Shown piece after piece: positions 8,100 to 18,081 of a DNA stretch of 32,000 nucleotides. The notes beneath the pieces were generated by a model. It was not told the DNA's origin. It saw nothing but the letters and a program-made list of their open reading frames with translations, and did no database searches. Numbering within the stretch: position 1 is the first letter of the stretch; the number at the start of each line of letters is the position of its first letter. The translations under genes and the position numbers were made by a program. The stretch spans positions 21,502-53,501 of the forward strand of contig SUPR01000009.1 in NCBI GenBank assembly GCA_005191425.1, given 5' to 3'. The stretch comes from Candidatus Helarchaeota ASGARD archaeon Hel_GB_B (lineage in GTDB: Archaea; Asgardarchaeota; Lokiarchaeia; Helarchaeales; HEL-GB-B).

Positions 8100-9475
8100 T
8101 GACGCAATCAAGTGATGAAAATTATATCCCACAATATCGACCAATGATTAATGGGATTTTGATAGAGAATTATTTAAAATTAGTAATGGCATTTTTATCT
8201 TCAAAATCACAGATGCAATACTTTAGAAAGAGTGGTAAAAAAATTGGGATGATCTCTTTACCTTGGGGAAGAGAGTTTATTTTCGCATCTAAAGCTGTCC
8301 CAATTCATTTTCCAAGAGTCGGTAATTTTGAATCGCACCCAATCCTAAAGGCGTTAAATTTGGGTAAAAGTTTTGGCTGGACCAATTTAATGAATGTTGT
8401 CAGATCCTTAAAATATTTAACTGGTGATAAATTTTATGTAAAACTTATTTATGACTTTGTACACGCTATATTTTGGAATTATGATAGATATATAAAAATT
8501 GGTGAAGAATCAGGTATATTTCCGTTAGATTCTTGTTTTGGTACCAGAATGTTGTATGGAAATATTGTAGATAATTCAGCAAATATTGATTTTAACTTAG
8601 GACTTGGTACCAGGTGTAATTGGTTTAGTAAATATTTTGAGATAGTAGAGGATTTTCCGAAACCAAGAAATAAAGGTAAAGTCCCATTATTATTACTGGA
8701 AATTCCCAATACATTTGATGACAATGGCTTTAATACTTTAAAAGAAAATATAAATCAACTTCTTGGAAATTTAGAAAAAATAACAGGGAATACAATTACC
8801 AATAACGACCTTTATAAAAGCGCCGTAATATCAAATTCTATTAAAAAATATTTTAAAAAATTAATGATAATGTGGTCGGGTAATAATATAAAATTACCAC
8901 CATTAGCATATACTAACCTTTTTGCCTTATTGCATATTGCATTTACTGATTATCTTGGAGATGATAAATTTTTTGCTGATACACTAAAAAACTTAATTAC
9001 TGAACTGAAAAGTCCCTATAAGCAAAGTTATGACGTTTCAAATGTCCCGAAAATCGCTTTAATTAATCATTTTGGTGGTTATGAACCAGAATTACCATAT
9101 ATAATTGATGAATTGGGTGGAAGATTAATAATTCCAGATTGGCACAGCCTTGGACTGCTTGAAGACACAAAAACTACAGGAGATATGATAGATAATTTTA
9201 CCCAAGATATTCTACATGTATCGTTTTGTTGGTGTAATAATTTAATAATGAGTAAAAATTGGGTGGATACAGTTGACAAGTTAAATGTTGACGGTGTAAT
9301 TTTTAATGCAACATATGGTTGTAAGTCGCTTACTCCAGCCCTTAAATTATTCCAAGATAAATTAAAAGAATTAGATAGACCAATACCTGCAACCTTTATA
9401 AATTTTCAAAATATTGGAGATAATCTCGGACAAATAAAGACAAGAGTTGGTGCTTTAATTGAAATGATCAAGTAA
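8099..9475 (+). CDS. 2-hydroxyacyl-CoA dehydratase family subunit (partner subunit)
   Basis: Cys motifs DSCFG, TRCNW, YGCKS; DGVIF; C-terminal GQIKTRVGALIEMIK. TAATG stop/start overlap with the upstream subunit. Confidence 0.85.
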   Translation: MTQSSDENYIPQYRPMINGILIENYLKLVMAFLSSKSQMQYFRKSGKKIGMISLPWGREFIFASKAVPIHFPRVGNFESHPILKALNLGKSFGWTNLMNVVRSLKYLTGDKFYVKLIYDFVHAIFWNYDRYIKIGEESGIFPLDSCFGTRMLYGNIVDNSANIDFNLGLGTRCNWFSKYFEIVEDFPKPRNKGKVPLLLLEIPNTFDDNGFNTLKENINQLLGNLEKITGNTITNNDLYKSAVISNSIKKYFKKLMIMWSGNNIKLPPLAYTNLFALLHIAFTDYLGDDKFFADTLKNLITELKSPYKQSYDVSNVPKIALINHFGGYEPELPYIIDELGGRLIIPDWHSLGLLEDTKTTGDMIDNFTQDILHVSFCWCNNLIMSKNWVDTVDKLNVDGVIFNATYGCKSLTPALKLFQDKLKELDRPIPATFINFQNIGDNLGQIKTRVGALIEMIK

Positions 9476-9491
9476 TAGTCGTGAAATTTTT

Positions 9492-10826
9492 ATGGAATTT
9501 TTAAGTGAAGACTTATTATCTCTTGCATTTATTAATCTGAGTTTAAAATATTTTAGTACCTTAGACCAAACCAAAAAAGCAAGGCGAAAAAAATACAAAT
9601 TAATCAGTACAATGTTTCCAATTCTTAATGAAGTAATTTTCTCTACCAAGGCTCTTCCATTATTTTTACCAAGAGTACCAATTTCTGGAGAAAAATATGA
9701 TGATATATCAAGAATATTAGGGGACATTAATTAGCCGAAGATATTTTGGGGTCAAATGTACTTACAAAAGGCATTGGTGTAGCTTCAAAAGTAATATCAT
9801 TAGATTCAATTGTTTTAAAGCAATTAGACCAAGTATATGCTAGCTATAAAAAATATGTAGATATCTGTGAACGGTCAAATAAATATTTTATATCTTGTTT
9901 TGGGACAGAATTATTTTATGGAGCTGTTCTCGATCACCATAAAAATCTAATTGATGCTAATCTTTCTTTTGGCACGCGATGTGTGAGTTTAAATAAAAGT
10001 TTTGAGTTAATTTCTCAAGTCGGAATAAAAGAGCTATTTATAGACATACCAAATTATGAGACTGAAACACCACATAGTCTTTATTATTTATATGACCAAA
10101 TTCAAGAATTCGCAATTAATCTTGAAGAGTTAGCTGGACCTATTGACGAAGAAAAAGTTATTAAATATACTGAGTTAATTAACAATATAAAAAATTTATA
10201 TTTAGAGTTCTATTCATTCTTTAAAGAAAAATATCTTCCGATGAGGCCTACATCATTTCAGCACTTATTCTCAATGATTAATTTAAGTTATATTGATTTA
10301 ATTTGTGCTCCAAAATATTTATACAGAAATTTAAAATCATTAATTCAAGAATTAAAGAGTAGAATTGTAGAAGGAAAAGGATTCGATTCCCCTGATTCTG
10401 TGAATTTGCTATTACTCCCAAGTTTCGGCGGTTATGATGGTGAATTGTGCAATTATGCTGCAGAAAATAATGCATTTGTATTTTATTCAGATTAGTGGTT
10501 TTTGGGAATGTTAAACCCAGTTGATTTAAAAGGAGATTGGATCAAGAATCAAGCAAAGTTTTGTTTATGTATTGAGAATACATGGGCTTTTTCTGAATCA
10601 ATTGTGAATCAATGGATAAAAATGATTAAAAAATTAAAAATTGATGGCATTATCTTTAATGATATTACAAGGTTGCAATTCTATTTCTGCTGCAGAATTT
10701 CATTTAAGAAAGGAACTACAAAAAATAGATCTGCCAATAGTCAGTACCAATTTTAGAAATATTGGAGAGAATCTTGAACAATTAAGGACATGTATCAGCG
10801 CTTTAATAGAAACTATTAGAAAGTAA
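9492..10826 (+). pseudogene. Disrupted third 2-hydroxyacyl-CoA dehydratase-family subunit (paralog of 8099..9475)
   Basis: ORF fragments 9492-9734, 9746-10495, 10502-10756 and 10641-10826 align collinearly with the 8099 protein (LPLFLPRV vs VPIHFPRV; SCFGT; GTRC; DGIIFN; GENLEQLRT). Lesions: 1-nt deletion near 9730, in-frame TAG at 10493-10495 opposite the paralog's Trp, and 1-nt insertion near 10668. Confidence 0.85.
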
Positions 10827-11206
10827 ATTAGTAATTAATATCATAAATTTATCAATTAATAGAAATTAAATAAATTGAGAAAATAATAATTGCCCTAGAT
10901 TAAAATATCTAATCGATAAAATATTTATACCCAAAAATTTTATTAAGAAATAATCGTTTTTGTTCTTTTTCTTATGATTGTTTATAATAGAATATTAAAT
11001 GTATAGAAAACTGTATTATCAAAGGATATTTGAATTACAATTCTTTTAATTTATTTTTCTTATTTTAAATTTGATTTTCATCCATTAAATTTAAATTTTC
11101 AAAGGATTTTTCATTGATTATTAAAATTTTATTCAATCAAAATTAATATAATTTAAATTGAATAAAAAGTTCTAATTAAAGAATAAATTTGAAGGGAAAT
11201 TAAGAG

Positions 11207-12580
11207 ATGTTTAAGGAGTTTTCTAGCTTTAAACAGAGAATAATTAATGAATGTGTCGAATGTGGCACATGTTTTAAATACTGTTATGCATATAAGAGGA
11301 CAAAATTCCCGATTTGGAAGAATTGGAAAGATTTTTTTGAAAAAGGAGAGAAGAGTAAAGAAGTTAAAAAATTTGTTAAAGCGTGTATATATTGTAAATA
11401 TCATGAATATTCATGTCCAAATGGAATTAAACTTACAGAATTACTTCCAGCATTAAGAAATGACTTGTCAAAAATATATCCAAGGTTTGCGTGGACACCA
11501 CATATAACTCCAGGCATTTTGGGTCGTTTTATGAAATCACCCAGGCTTTATTCATTTTGGAGATATATGAATAATTTACTTATATCTGAAGAAGATAGGG
11601 AGAAATGGGACCACCGACGTGAGCCAAAGAAGCGGGATGTTGTATTTTTTTCAGGATGTGGTATTCAATTATTACCGGATATTTATTTTTCAATGTTGAA
11701 TATTTTAGAAAAATTAGGAATAAATTATGGACTTATTGACGGTCATTATAATAAAGCGATATGCTGCGGAACAGTTCTTTTTTTGTTAGGAAATTATAAA
11801 TATGGAAAAAAAGTGCTGAGCAATTTAATAAAGGAAATTAAAAAATTTGGGACAAAAAAAGTTATAATTCATTGTGCGACTTGTAATTGGGGGTTAACCC
11901 AAATAGCCCCGAATGTGATCGAAGATTTTGATTTAGAAATTATTCATGCAACAACATATATAGGGGAACTCTTACAGAAAAATCCAGAACTAAAGAAAAT
12001 ACTTAAAAAACCCAGTAAAGAACAGGTTATAACAATTCATGATTCATGCCATCTTGTTAGAGGAGGAGACCTTGATGGTGCTAGAAATTTATTGGGTCAA
12101 CTTCCGGGAATTACAATTTCTGAGATGAAACATAACAAATTGAACGCCATTTGTGATATATATTGTATATTACGAGCTTTTCCTCATCGTCCATTGGATA
12201 TAATTTTAAATAACAACAATATCCCTATTTCAAAAGAAGCTATCGAGTCAAATGCTAATACATTAGTAAGTTTATGCTTGGGATGTCATGCCTTGCAATC
12301 AATTTTAGGACAGAATTTTTTGAATACATTTGGCAGAAAAAGCCGTCAAATACCTTTAATTAACTGGACCACTATTTTAGGTGAATATTTAGGACTACCA
12401 AAAAGAAGAGGTCTAGATTTTTGGCTTAAACATGTTATTACATCTCCTTTTAAAGACAGTCTTTTATTTTGGATATTAAATGCAATAAAATCTTTAGTTT
12501 ATGGCTATATATTGAATAGGATTCCACCTATAAGAGTGCCAAATTATTTGAAATTAAGAAATAAAAGTGATCATAAATGA
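11207..12580 (+). CDS. HdrD/GlpC-like (Fe-S)-binding oxidoreductase with CCG domains
   Basis: CVECGTCFKYC and CIYCKYHEYSCP ferredoxin-type motifs. CCG domain 1: FFSGCG..ICCG..HCATC. Domain 2: HDSCH..ICDIYC..LCLGC. Confidence 0.88.
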   Translation: MFKEFSSFKQRIINECVECGTCFKYCYAYKRTKFPIWKNWKDFFEKGEKSKEVKKFVKACIYCKYHEYSCPNGIKLTELLPALRNDLSKIYPRFAWTPHITPGILGRFMKSPRLYSFWRYMNNLLISEEDREKWDHRREPKKRDVVFFSGCGIQLLPDIYFSMLNILEKLGINYGLIDGHYNKAICCGTVLFLLGNYKYGKKVLSNLIKEIKKFGTKKVIIHCATCNWGLTQIAPNVIEDFDLEIIHATTYIGELLQKNPELKKILKKPSKEQVITIHDSCHLVRGGDLDGARNLLGQLPGITISEMKHNKLNAICDIYCILRAFPHRPLDIILNNNNIPISKEAIESNANTLVSLCLGCHALQSILGQNFLNTFGRKSRQIPLINWTTILGEYLGLPKRRGLDFWLKHVITSPFKDSLLFWILNAIKSLVYGYILNRIPPIRVPNYLKLRNKSDHK

Positions 12581-13758
12581 ATAAAAGTAGAAAAAAGAAG
12601 CTGAAAAAACTTGTAAATATTTGCAATAAACATGCAAGATTTTCCTTACCTACATTTACGGGTTCACTAGTTAGAGCATTTGATGCTATATTAAATGATG
12701 ACGAGGTTGATTTTCTATTAGAAATTGGTACAGAACGATTGACAATTGATGAAATAAAAAAACGAGTTGACCTTTCAGAAGTAGAATTTTCAACCATTTT
12801 TGAAAGTTTGATTAAAAAAGGTATTTTATGGTCAAGTACATCCGAATCTGGGGATATTTATTATGAGATTCCACCGATGATGCTCGGATGGTTTGAAATG
12901 AGTTTTGCAGATAATAATATAACTCCTGAAAAAAAGAAATTTTCAAATCATTTATCAAGTTATTTCAATACTTTTAAAAAGTTTAATCTCCCAATCTTAA
13001 GGTCTTTGATAAACTTATGGATTAGGCTTAGGCCACCCATGTCTGAGATTGCCACGGTTGAACCGAAAAAAGCTCCTACAACTGAAAAAGTTATAGATAT
13101 TAATAGTAAAGTTGAATTAACTGATTCTAAAGTCTTCGCGCTTAAAACAGTTAATTTACTCGTGGAAAAATATGGAAATAAAGGTAAAATAGCTGTTACA
13201 AATTGTTTGTGTAGGCAACATTGGGAAATTGAAGGAGAACCATGTAGATTAGAATTACCTTTGGAAGCGCATTTATGGATTGGAAAAGTAGCTGATCATG
13301 TAATTAAATATAATTTGGGGCGAGAAATCTCTGTAGAAGAAGCAATTTCAATAATTGAAGAATGTCACAAAAAAGGTGGGATAAACCATATATGGCACAA
13401 CAGAATGGACTTAAACGAACCTGAAATTTCAATTTGCAATTGTTGCTGGGATTGTTGCGCTTCTATCGGTAATTGGAATAGAGGAATAATGCCAATTCTT
13501 TTAAAAGCATATTATATAGCTACAATACCTGACAAGAACATTTGTATAGGTTGTGGAATATGTATAAAATATTGTCCTACTCAAGCTATTAAATTAAAGG
13601 ATAGAAAGGCAGTACATAATCACAAACTATGTATTGGATGCGGGCAATGTGAATTTCAATGTCCCAATGGGGCAGTTAAACTTATTATAAAAGAGAGAAT
13701 GGTATTATTACCCGCAAGAAGTCCGTCCAAATGGATTAAACGCCTTGAATCGCTTTAA
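12577..13758 (+). CDS. 4Fe-4S dicluster protein with N-terminal wHTH-like region and central Cys-rich domain
   Basis: CLCRQ, ICNCCWDCC and two ferredoxin motifs (CIGCGICIKYCP, CIGCGQCEFQCP). ATGA overlap with the upstream gene. Confidence 0.85.
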   Translation: MNKSRKKKLKKLVNICNKHARFSLPTFTGSLVRAFDAILNDDEVDFLLEIGTERLTIDEIKKRVDLSEVEFSTIFESLIKKGILWSSTSESGDIYYEIPPMMLGWFEMSFADNNITPEKKKFSNHLSSYFNTFKKFNLPILRSLINLWIRLRPPMSEIATVEPKKAPTTEKVIDINSKVELTDSKVFALKTVNLLVEKYGNKGKIAVTNCLCRQHWEIEGEPCRLELPLEAHLWIGKVADHVIKYNLGREISVEEAISIIEECHKKGGINHIWHNRMDLNEPEISICNCCWDCCASIGNWNRGIMPILLKAYYIATIPDKNICIGCGICIKYCPTQAIKLKDRKAVHNHKLCIGCGQCEFQCPNGAVKLIIKERMVLLPARSPSKWIKRLESL

Positions 13759-13802
13759 ATCTTAAAAATAACTTGAAATAAAAATTAAATGATGTAATTG
13801 AA

Positions 13803-15302
13803 ATGGAAGATTTTGATTATAATTTTGAACAAGAAAAGAGAAAAATCATTCCCTTAATGAGACAATTTGCTACACATTGTACTGCGTGCGGAATATGTAT
13901 CGAAAATTGTGTTTTTCATGATTATTCTAGAGAAGACGGAAGACAAATAATGGGTGAAATCAAGAAATTTCTGTTAAGTAAAAAATTAGACAAAAAATTA
14001 AGTAAAAAGACCAAGAAATTTATATGGAACTGCGGTATATGTGAACATTGTAATAATAAATGTCCGTTACCTGACGATAAAAAGATACCTAGGTCTCCAA
14101 TGATTGTACTTCTGAGGGGATTATTAGTTATAAAAAATGAAGCTCCAATTTTAATACGTTTGGTTCGTCTGCTTTTATTTAAAGATGAGAATAACCCCGT
14201 CTTAGAAAGTTTATGGCCAATTGCAGGGAAAATACTTGTACCAGGGTGGTATGATACTAAAGACGAACTTCAAATTAAAGAAAGAAAAGCTATAGAAAAA
14301 GCAAGACGATATTCAGATAAGGGTGCGGAAGTCTGCTTTTTTGGAGGGTGTGGCCATACAAATGCAATACCAGATTCCGTATATGGAACAATTTCAATTC
14401 TTGAACAGGCTGGAATCGACCATATAACCATTGGAAACCCTGCTTTTTGTTGTGGAGTTGTTTATATTTTAATGGGTTATTTTGATATCTGGCTCAAACA
14501 CACATATAAAGTTATGAAAAATTATTTAAAACTGACACCACGCCCGAAACGATTGCTATTACATTGTCCGGGGTGTTATACTATTTATCAATTTGATTTA
14601 TCCCAATATGGACTTATTCTACCTTTAAATTACTTAAGAATTATGAATAACCCAATAAAAATGATGCATGTTAGTGAATATATTCTAGAATTAATTAAAG
14701 AAGAGAAAATTAAATTGAAAGGTGAAGTCCCGCTTGTAGTAACATATCAAGATAATTGTTCTATTGGACGCAGAATGGCAAAAGTGGGAAAATCAGTATA
14801 TGATGAGCCTAGAGAAATCCTTAATAATATTCCAGGAATAAAATTGGTAGAAGCAAATAATATTAGAGAAAATGCATATTGCTGCGGATTGATTGCTACA
14901 AAAACTCAAGGAATGGGCACAAATATAAAATTAATAGGAAAAGACAAAGCCTATACAATCCAAAGAGATTTATATAAATATCTTATCGAACATGAGTCTA
15001 AAAATTTGGTTACTCCTTGTATGGGCTGTGCATTGGTTTACGAAGATTCAGCAAGGTTTTGGAGTAATAAATTAGGTTCTAAAATTAATATTTTAGAATT
15101 ATCAGAACTTGTAAATAGATCGATTGGTATTAATATTCCCCAACGATATTTCGACCTAAACAATGTAATGAGTTTATCGGCACCATTTATTAAACCATCT
15201 ATCATTAAAGTTATTCCAAGAATGATAAAAACTCATGCATTCCGAGATATTTTCAATTTCATAAAGAAGATGATTAATTATAGCTTAAAAAGAAAAAAAT
15301 AA
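13803..15302 (+). CDS. HdrD/GlpC-like (Fe-S)-binding oxidoreductase with CCG domains
   Basis: CTACGICIENC, CGICEHCNNKCP; FFGGCG..FCCG..HCPGC; YQDNC..YCCG..PCMGC. Confidence 0.88.
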   Translation: MEDFDYNFEQEKRKIIPLMRQFATHCTACGICIENCVFHDYSREDGRQIMGEIKKFLLSKKLDKKLSKKTKKFIWNCGICEHCNNKCPLPDDKKIPRSPMIVLLRGLLVIKNEAPILIRLVRLLLFKDENNPVLESLWPIAGKILVPGWYDTKDELQIKERKAIEKARRYSDKGAEVCFFGGCGHTNAIPDSVYGTISILEQAGIDHITIGNPAFCCGVVYILMGYFDIWLKHTYKVMKNYLKLTPRPKRLLLHCPGCYTIYQFDLSQYGLILPLNYLRIMNNPIKMMHVSEYILELIKEEKIKLKGEVPLVVTYQDNCSIGRRMAKVGKSVYDEPREILNNIPGIKLVEANNIRENAYCCGLIATKTQGMGTNIKLIGKDKAYTIQRDLYKYLIEHESKNLVTPCMGCALVYEDSARFWSNKLGSKINILELSELVNRSIGINIPQRYFDLNNVMSLSAPFIKPSIIKVIPRMIKTHAFRDIFNFIKKMINYSLKRKK

Positions 15303-15440
15303 ACACATAACAAATTTTTAGGGAAAATTCATTTCCAATAGAAATCTTTTTTTATCACAAATTTAAATTTTTGAAAAAAAAAGAATATAAAAATAAATTA
15401 ATGTAATCTAAAGAAATATCCAAATAAATTAACCTGTGTT

Positions 15441-16832
15441 TTATTTCACTTTACTTCTTTTTTCTGTATGTAGTTTTTCCCTTGCCATTCTAATCTCTTT
15501 TAATTTATTTCCGTGTAAAGGATAAAAATAAAGAGAAATTATACCAATCACTAACGCAATATCAGGAAAAATAAACATCAAAGACCTTAGACCAAGTTCT
15601 ATTTTTAAACTATAAGCACCCGGGTCATAAACATACCAGCCAGTAGTATTTAAGACCAGACCAATAGTCACAAATATTAGTATAGTAGACAACCTAATAA
15701 TTAATGCATTAATACCATAATAGCCACCTTCTCTTCGGACACCGGTCTTTAGTTCATCCTCATCAATTATATCACTTATAATAAGGTCTATGTAGTATAA
15801 TGACCCAGCAAGTCCGATTCCAACGAAGACCATTGTAATAAGACCAGAAATAAAATTTGAAATGAAATAGAACGGTATCATTGCAATAGCCCAAGTCGAC
15901 ATTGAAAGCATTAGACCTTGTCTAGTACCAATCTTGAATCCAATTATTTTCCAAATATAAATTCCTGGGATTGACATTAAAAAGGCAACCAGTAGTAGAA
16001 CACTTAAAAGAATACTCTCTTTTTCAATATGCAGAACATAGGTACCATAAAACGGGATGATTGTCGGTAGCATACCAAAAACATACCAATTCATTAGACC
16101 AGCTACTACATAAAAAAGAAATGACTTATTCTTAAGAGTATATTTAAATGCTTTAAATATATTAGGAGTATTCAGTGCATCATCTCTAAATTCCTTTTTT
16201 TCTTTTATACCCCATTTTAATAGAATTATTAATCCAATAAATATAATAACACCTAAAACAGCCCCATTAATTTGATATTGATTAATTGTATAAGGTAGAC
16301 CAGACTTATTTGTAAGGTCTTCAATAAATAAAGTTGGTATAACAAATGCCACAATTAGACCGACAACTGTAAAATATCGCCGCATACTACTAACGCTTGC
16401 CCTAGACTTATCATCTATATACATTTCAGGGAACAAACTGGTATGGTTTAATGACATCATAGTGTAAACACCATCAAATACCATAATTATTATTAAAAAA
16501 TAGATAAATTTGCCGAAATCAGTATAACCTAGAGGAGTAAATAGAAAAAACATTACAAGAGACAACGGAATTGTAGCAGCTAATATCCATGGCTTTCTCC
16601 TGCCCCACTTAGTCCTAGTCCTGTCAGATAATAACCCCATTAAAGGATCGTTGAGAGCATTCCAAATTGACCAAATAATAAACCCTAATGTTATCCAATT
16701 CACATTTAATTTGATTACTGAAAAATAAAATGTAAATATTAAATAAGTAAAAGACTGATATGCAACAGTATCTGAAAATTCTCCAACGCTAAAAGCAAAT
16801 TTTTCGATAAATGGATGTTGTTCTTCTGTCAT
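15441..16832 (-). CDS. MFS transporter, GPH/MelB (MFS_2) family
   Basis: WNALNDPLMGLLSDRTRTKWGRRKPW, IISDIIDEDELKTGVRREGGYYG; about 12 TM segments. Confidence 0.92.
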   Translation of the reverse strand: MTEEQHPFIEKFAFSVGEFSDTVAYQSFTYLIFTFYFSVIKLNVNWITLGFIIWSIWNALNDPLMGLLSDRTRTKWGRRKPWILAATIPLSLVMFFLFTPLGYTDFGKFIYFLIIIMVFDGVYTMMSLNHTSLFPEMYIDDKSRASVSSMRRYFTVVGLIVAFVIPTLFIEDLTNKSGLPYTINQYQINGAVLGVIIFIGLIILLKWGIKEKKEFRDDALNTPNIFKAFKYTLKNKSFLFYVVAGLMNWYVFGMLPTIIPFYGTYVLHIEKESILLSVLLLVAFLMSIPGIYIWKIIGFKIGTRQGLMLSMSTWAIAMIPFYFISNFISGLITMVFVGIGLAGSLYYIDLIISDIIDEDELKTGVRREGGYYGINALIIRLSTILIFVTIGLVLNTTGWYVYDPGAYSLKIELGLRSLMFIFPDIALVIGIISLYFYPLHGNKLKEIRMAREKLHTEKRSKVK

Positions 16833-17453
16833 TTTAATTTTTTCCTTTAAATATAATTAATTTTTAATTTTCTCATTTCAATATATTATAGATCTGAATT
16901 ATGCTATGAATTAAGATTATTTTTATGATTTTAACTTTTTCAATACTATATGAAATTTTGTTTTAATTATAAAATTATTTGATTAATAATTCAAGATATT
17001 CAAGTTTAATAAGTCTGGTTTTCAATTTATTTTAAAAAAGAAGCACGAACTTTACATAGAATAAGTTTAAATTAACCAAATTTAATTAATTTTTAAAATT
17101 TATTTTAAAATTTGAGAATAATGACTTTTTTAATCATGAACATTTCTTACAAATTACTTTCGTTGTTAAATTAATCATAATAACGTTAGAAAAAATTTGG
17201 GGGAAATATTTCTATTTTTCGTTAATTTAAATTAAGTTATTTTGGAATGGAATTCAGCAATATTTCTTTAAATAAAAAACCATTTAGGTGCTTAAAATTT
17301 TAAGTCTGTAATTTAATTAAATAGTATTTATAATAAAATCTTAAAGTTTTTATGTCAAATCAAATAGATAAAAAAAATAGATTGAAAAAATTTTAAATAA
17401 AAATTAGATGAGGTTTAAAAAAATTAATTTAAATTAATTTTATGTGGTAGATT

Positions 17454-18068
17454 ATGGTCAGTGAAAGATATTTTTTGTTTGGAATTGAAGAGATGGGTAT
17501 TGCATTAGATTCGATTATAAAAGAAACAAAATTTGATTTAGAATTAGTTGAAAAACTTATTCAAGGAATTAAATCTAATAAATTGCCCACAGATAAGCTT
17601 ATCGATTTTCTTAACAATTTTTTAAATTATAATATATTAAATGTGCTAATCAATGATAAAAAAATAGGAGAACATATAAAAGAACAATTTATTAACAAAA
17701 AAGGTAAAAAAGTAGTCTTAAAATTTGATTTTATGAAACCGGTTCTTATTGAGGTCAAGTCAGATTCTATATTGATAAACATAGAATTTATAGATTCTCT
17801 GTCAAATGTTCCTAATTTATCATTGTCCAGTGAACATTTAATTGCTCTTTTTGAGAATAATTTTAAATTTTTAAAATTTATTTCATTACCGCCAGATAAT
17901 CCACTTTCAATTAATATTCCTGACCATGATCGTGAGTATCTCGCTGATTTAATTGTAAGGATATTTCTTGCTGTTTCAACGGCAATTTTATTACGGGCTG
18001 ATCTACGAAATAAAATAATTAAAAATATAGACAGTTCAATCCAAGCAATTTCAAGTCTTTTAATTTAA
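17454..18068 (+). CDS. Hypothetical protein; C-terminal half weakly SCP2 (sterol/lipid carrier)-like
   Basis: 204-aa ORF ending 13 nt before the flavoprotein gene. The pattern KKVVLKFDF..VLIEVK..I....PNLSLSSEHLIALFE..F.F suggests SCP2, but the match is weak. Confidence 0.6.
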   Translation: MVSERYFLFGIEEMGIALDSIIKETKFDLELVEKLIQGIKSNKLPTDKLIDFLNNFLNYNILNVLINDKKIGEHIKEQFINKKGKKVVLKFDFMKPVLIEVKSDSILINIEFIDSLSNVPNLSLSSEHLIALFENNFKFLKFISLPPDNPLSINIPDHDREYLADLIVRIFLAVSTAILLRADLRNKIIKNIDSSIQAISSLLI

Positions 18069-18081
18069 AGGGGTGTAAAAT

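Noticed and set aside
10493-10495. In-frame TAG as a pyrrolysine read-through codon
   Set aside because: It aligns with a Trp of the paralog (TGG to TAG is one substitution), and the same gene has two frameshifts. Decay is the simpler explanation, and no pyl genes are in the window.
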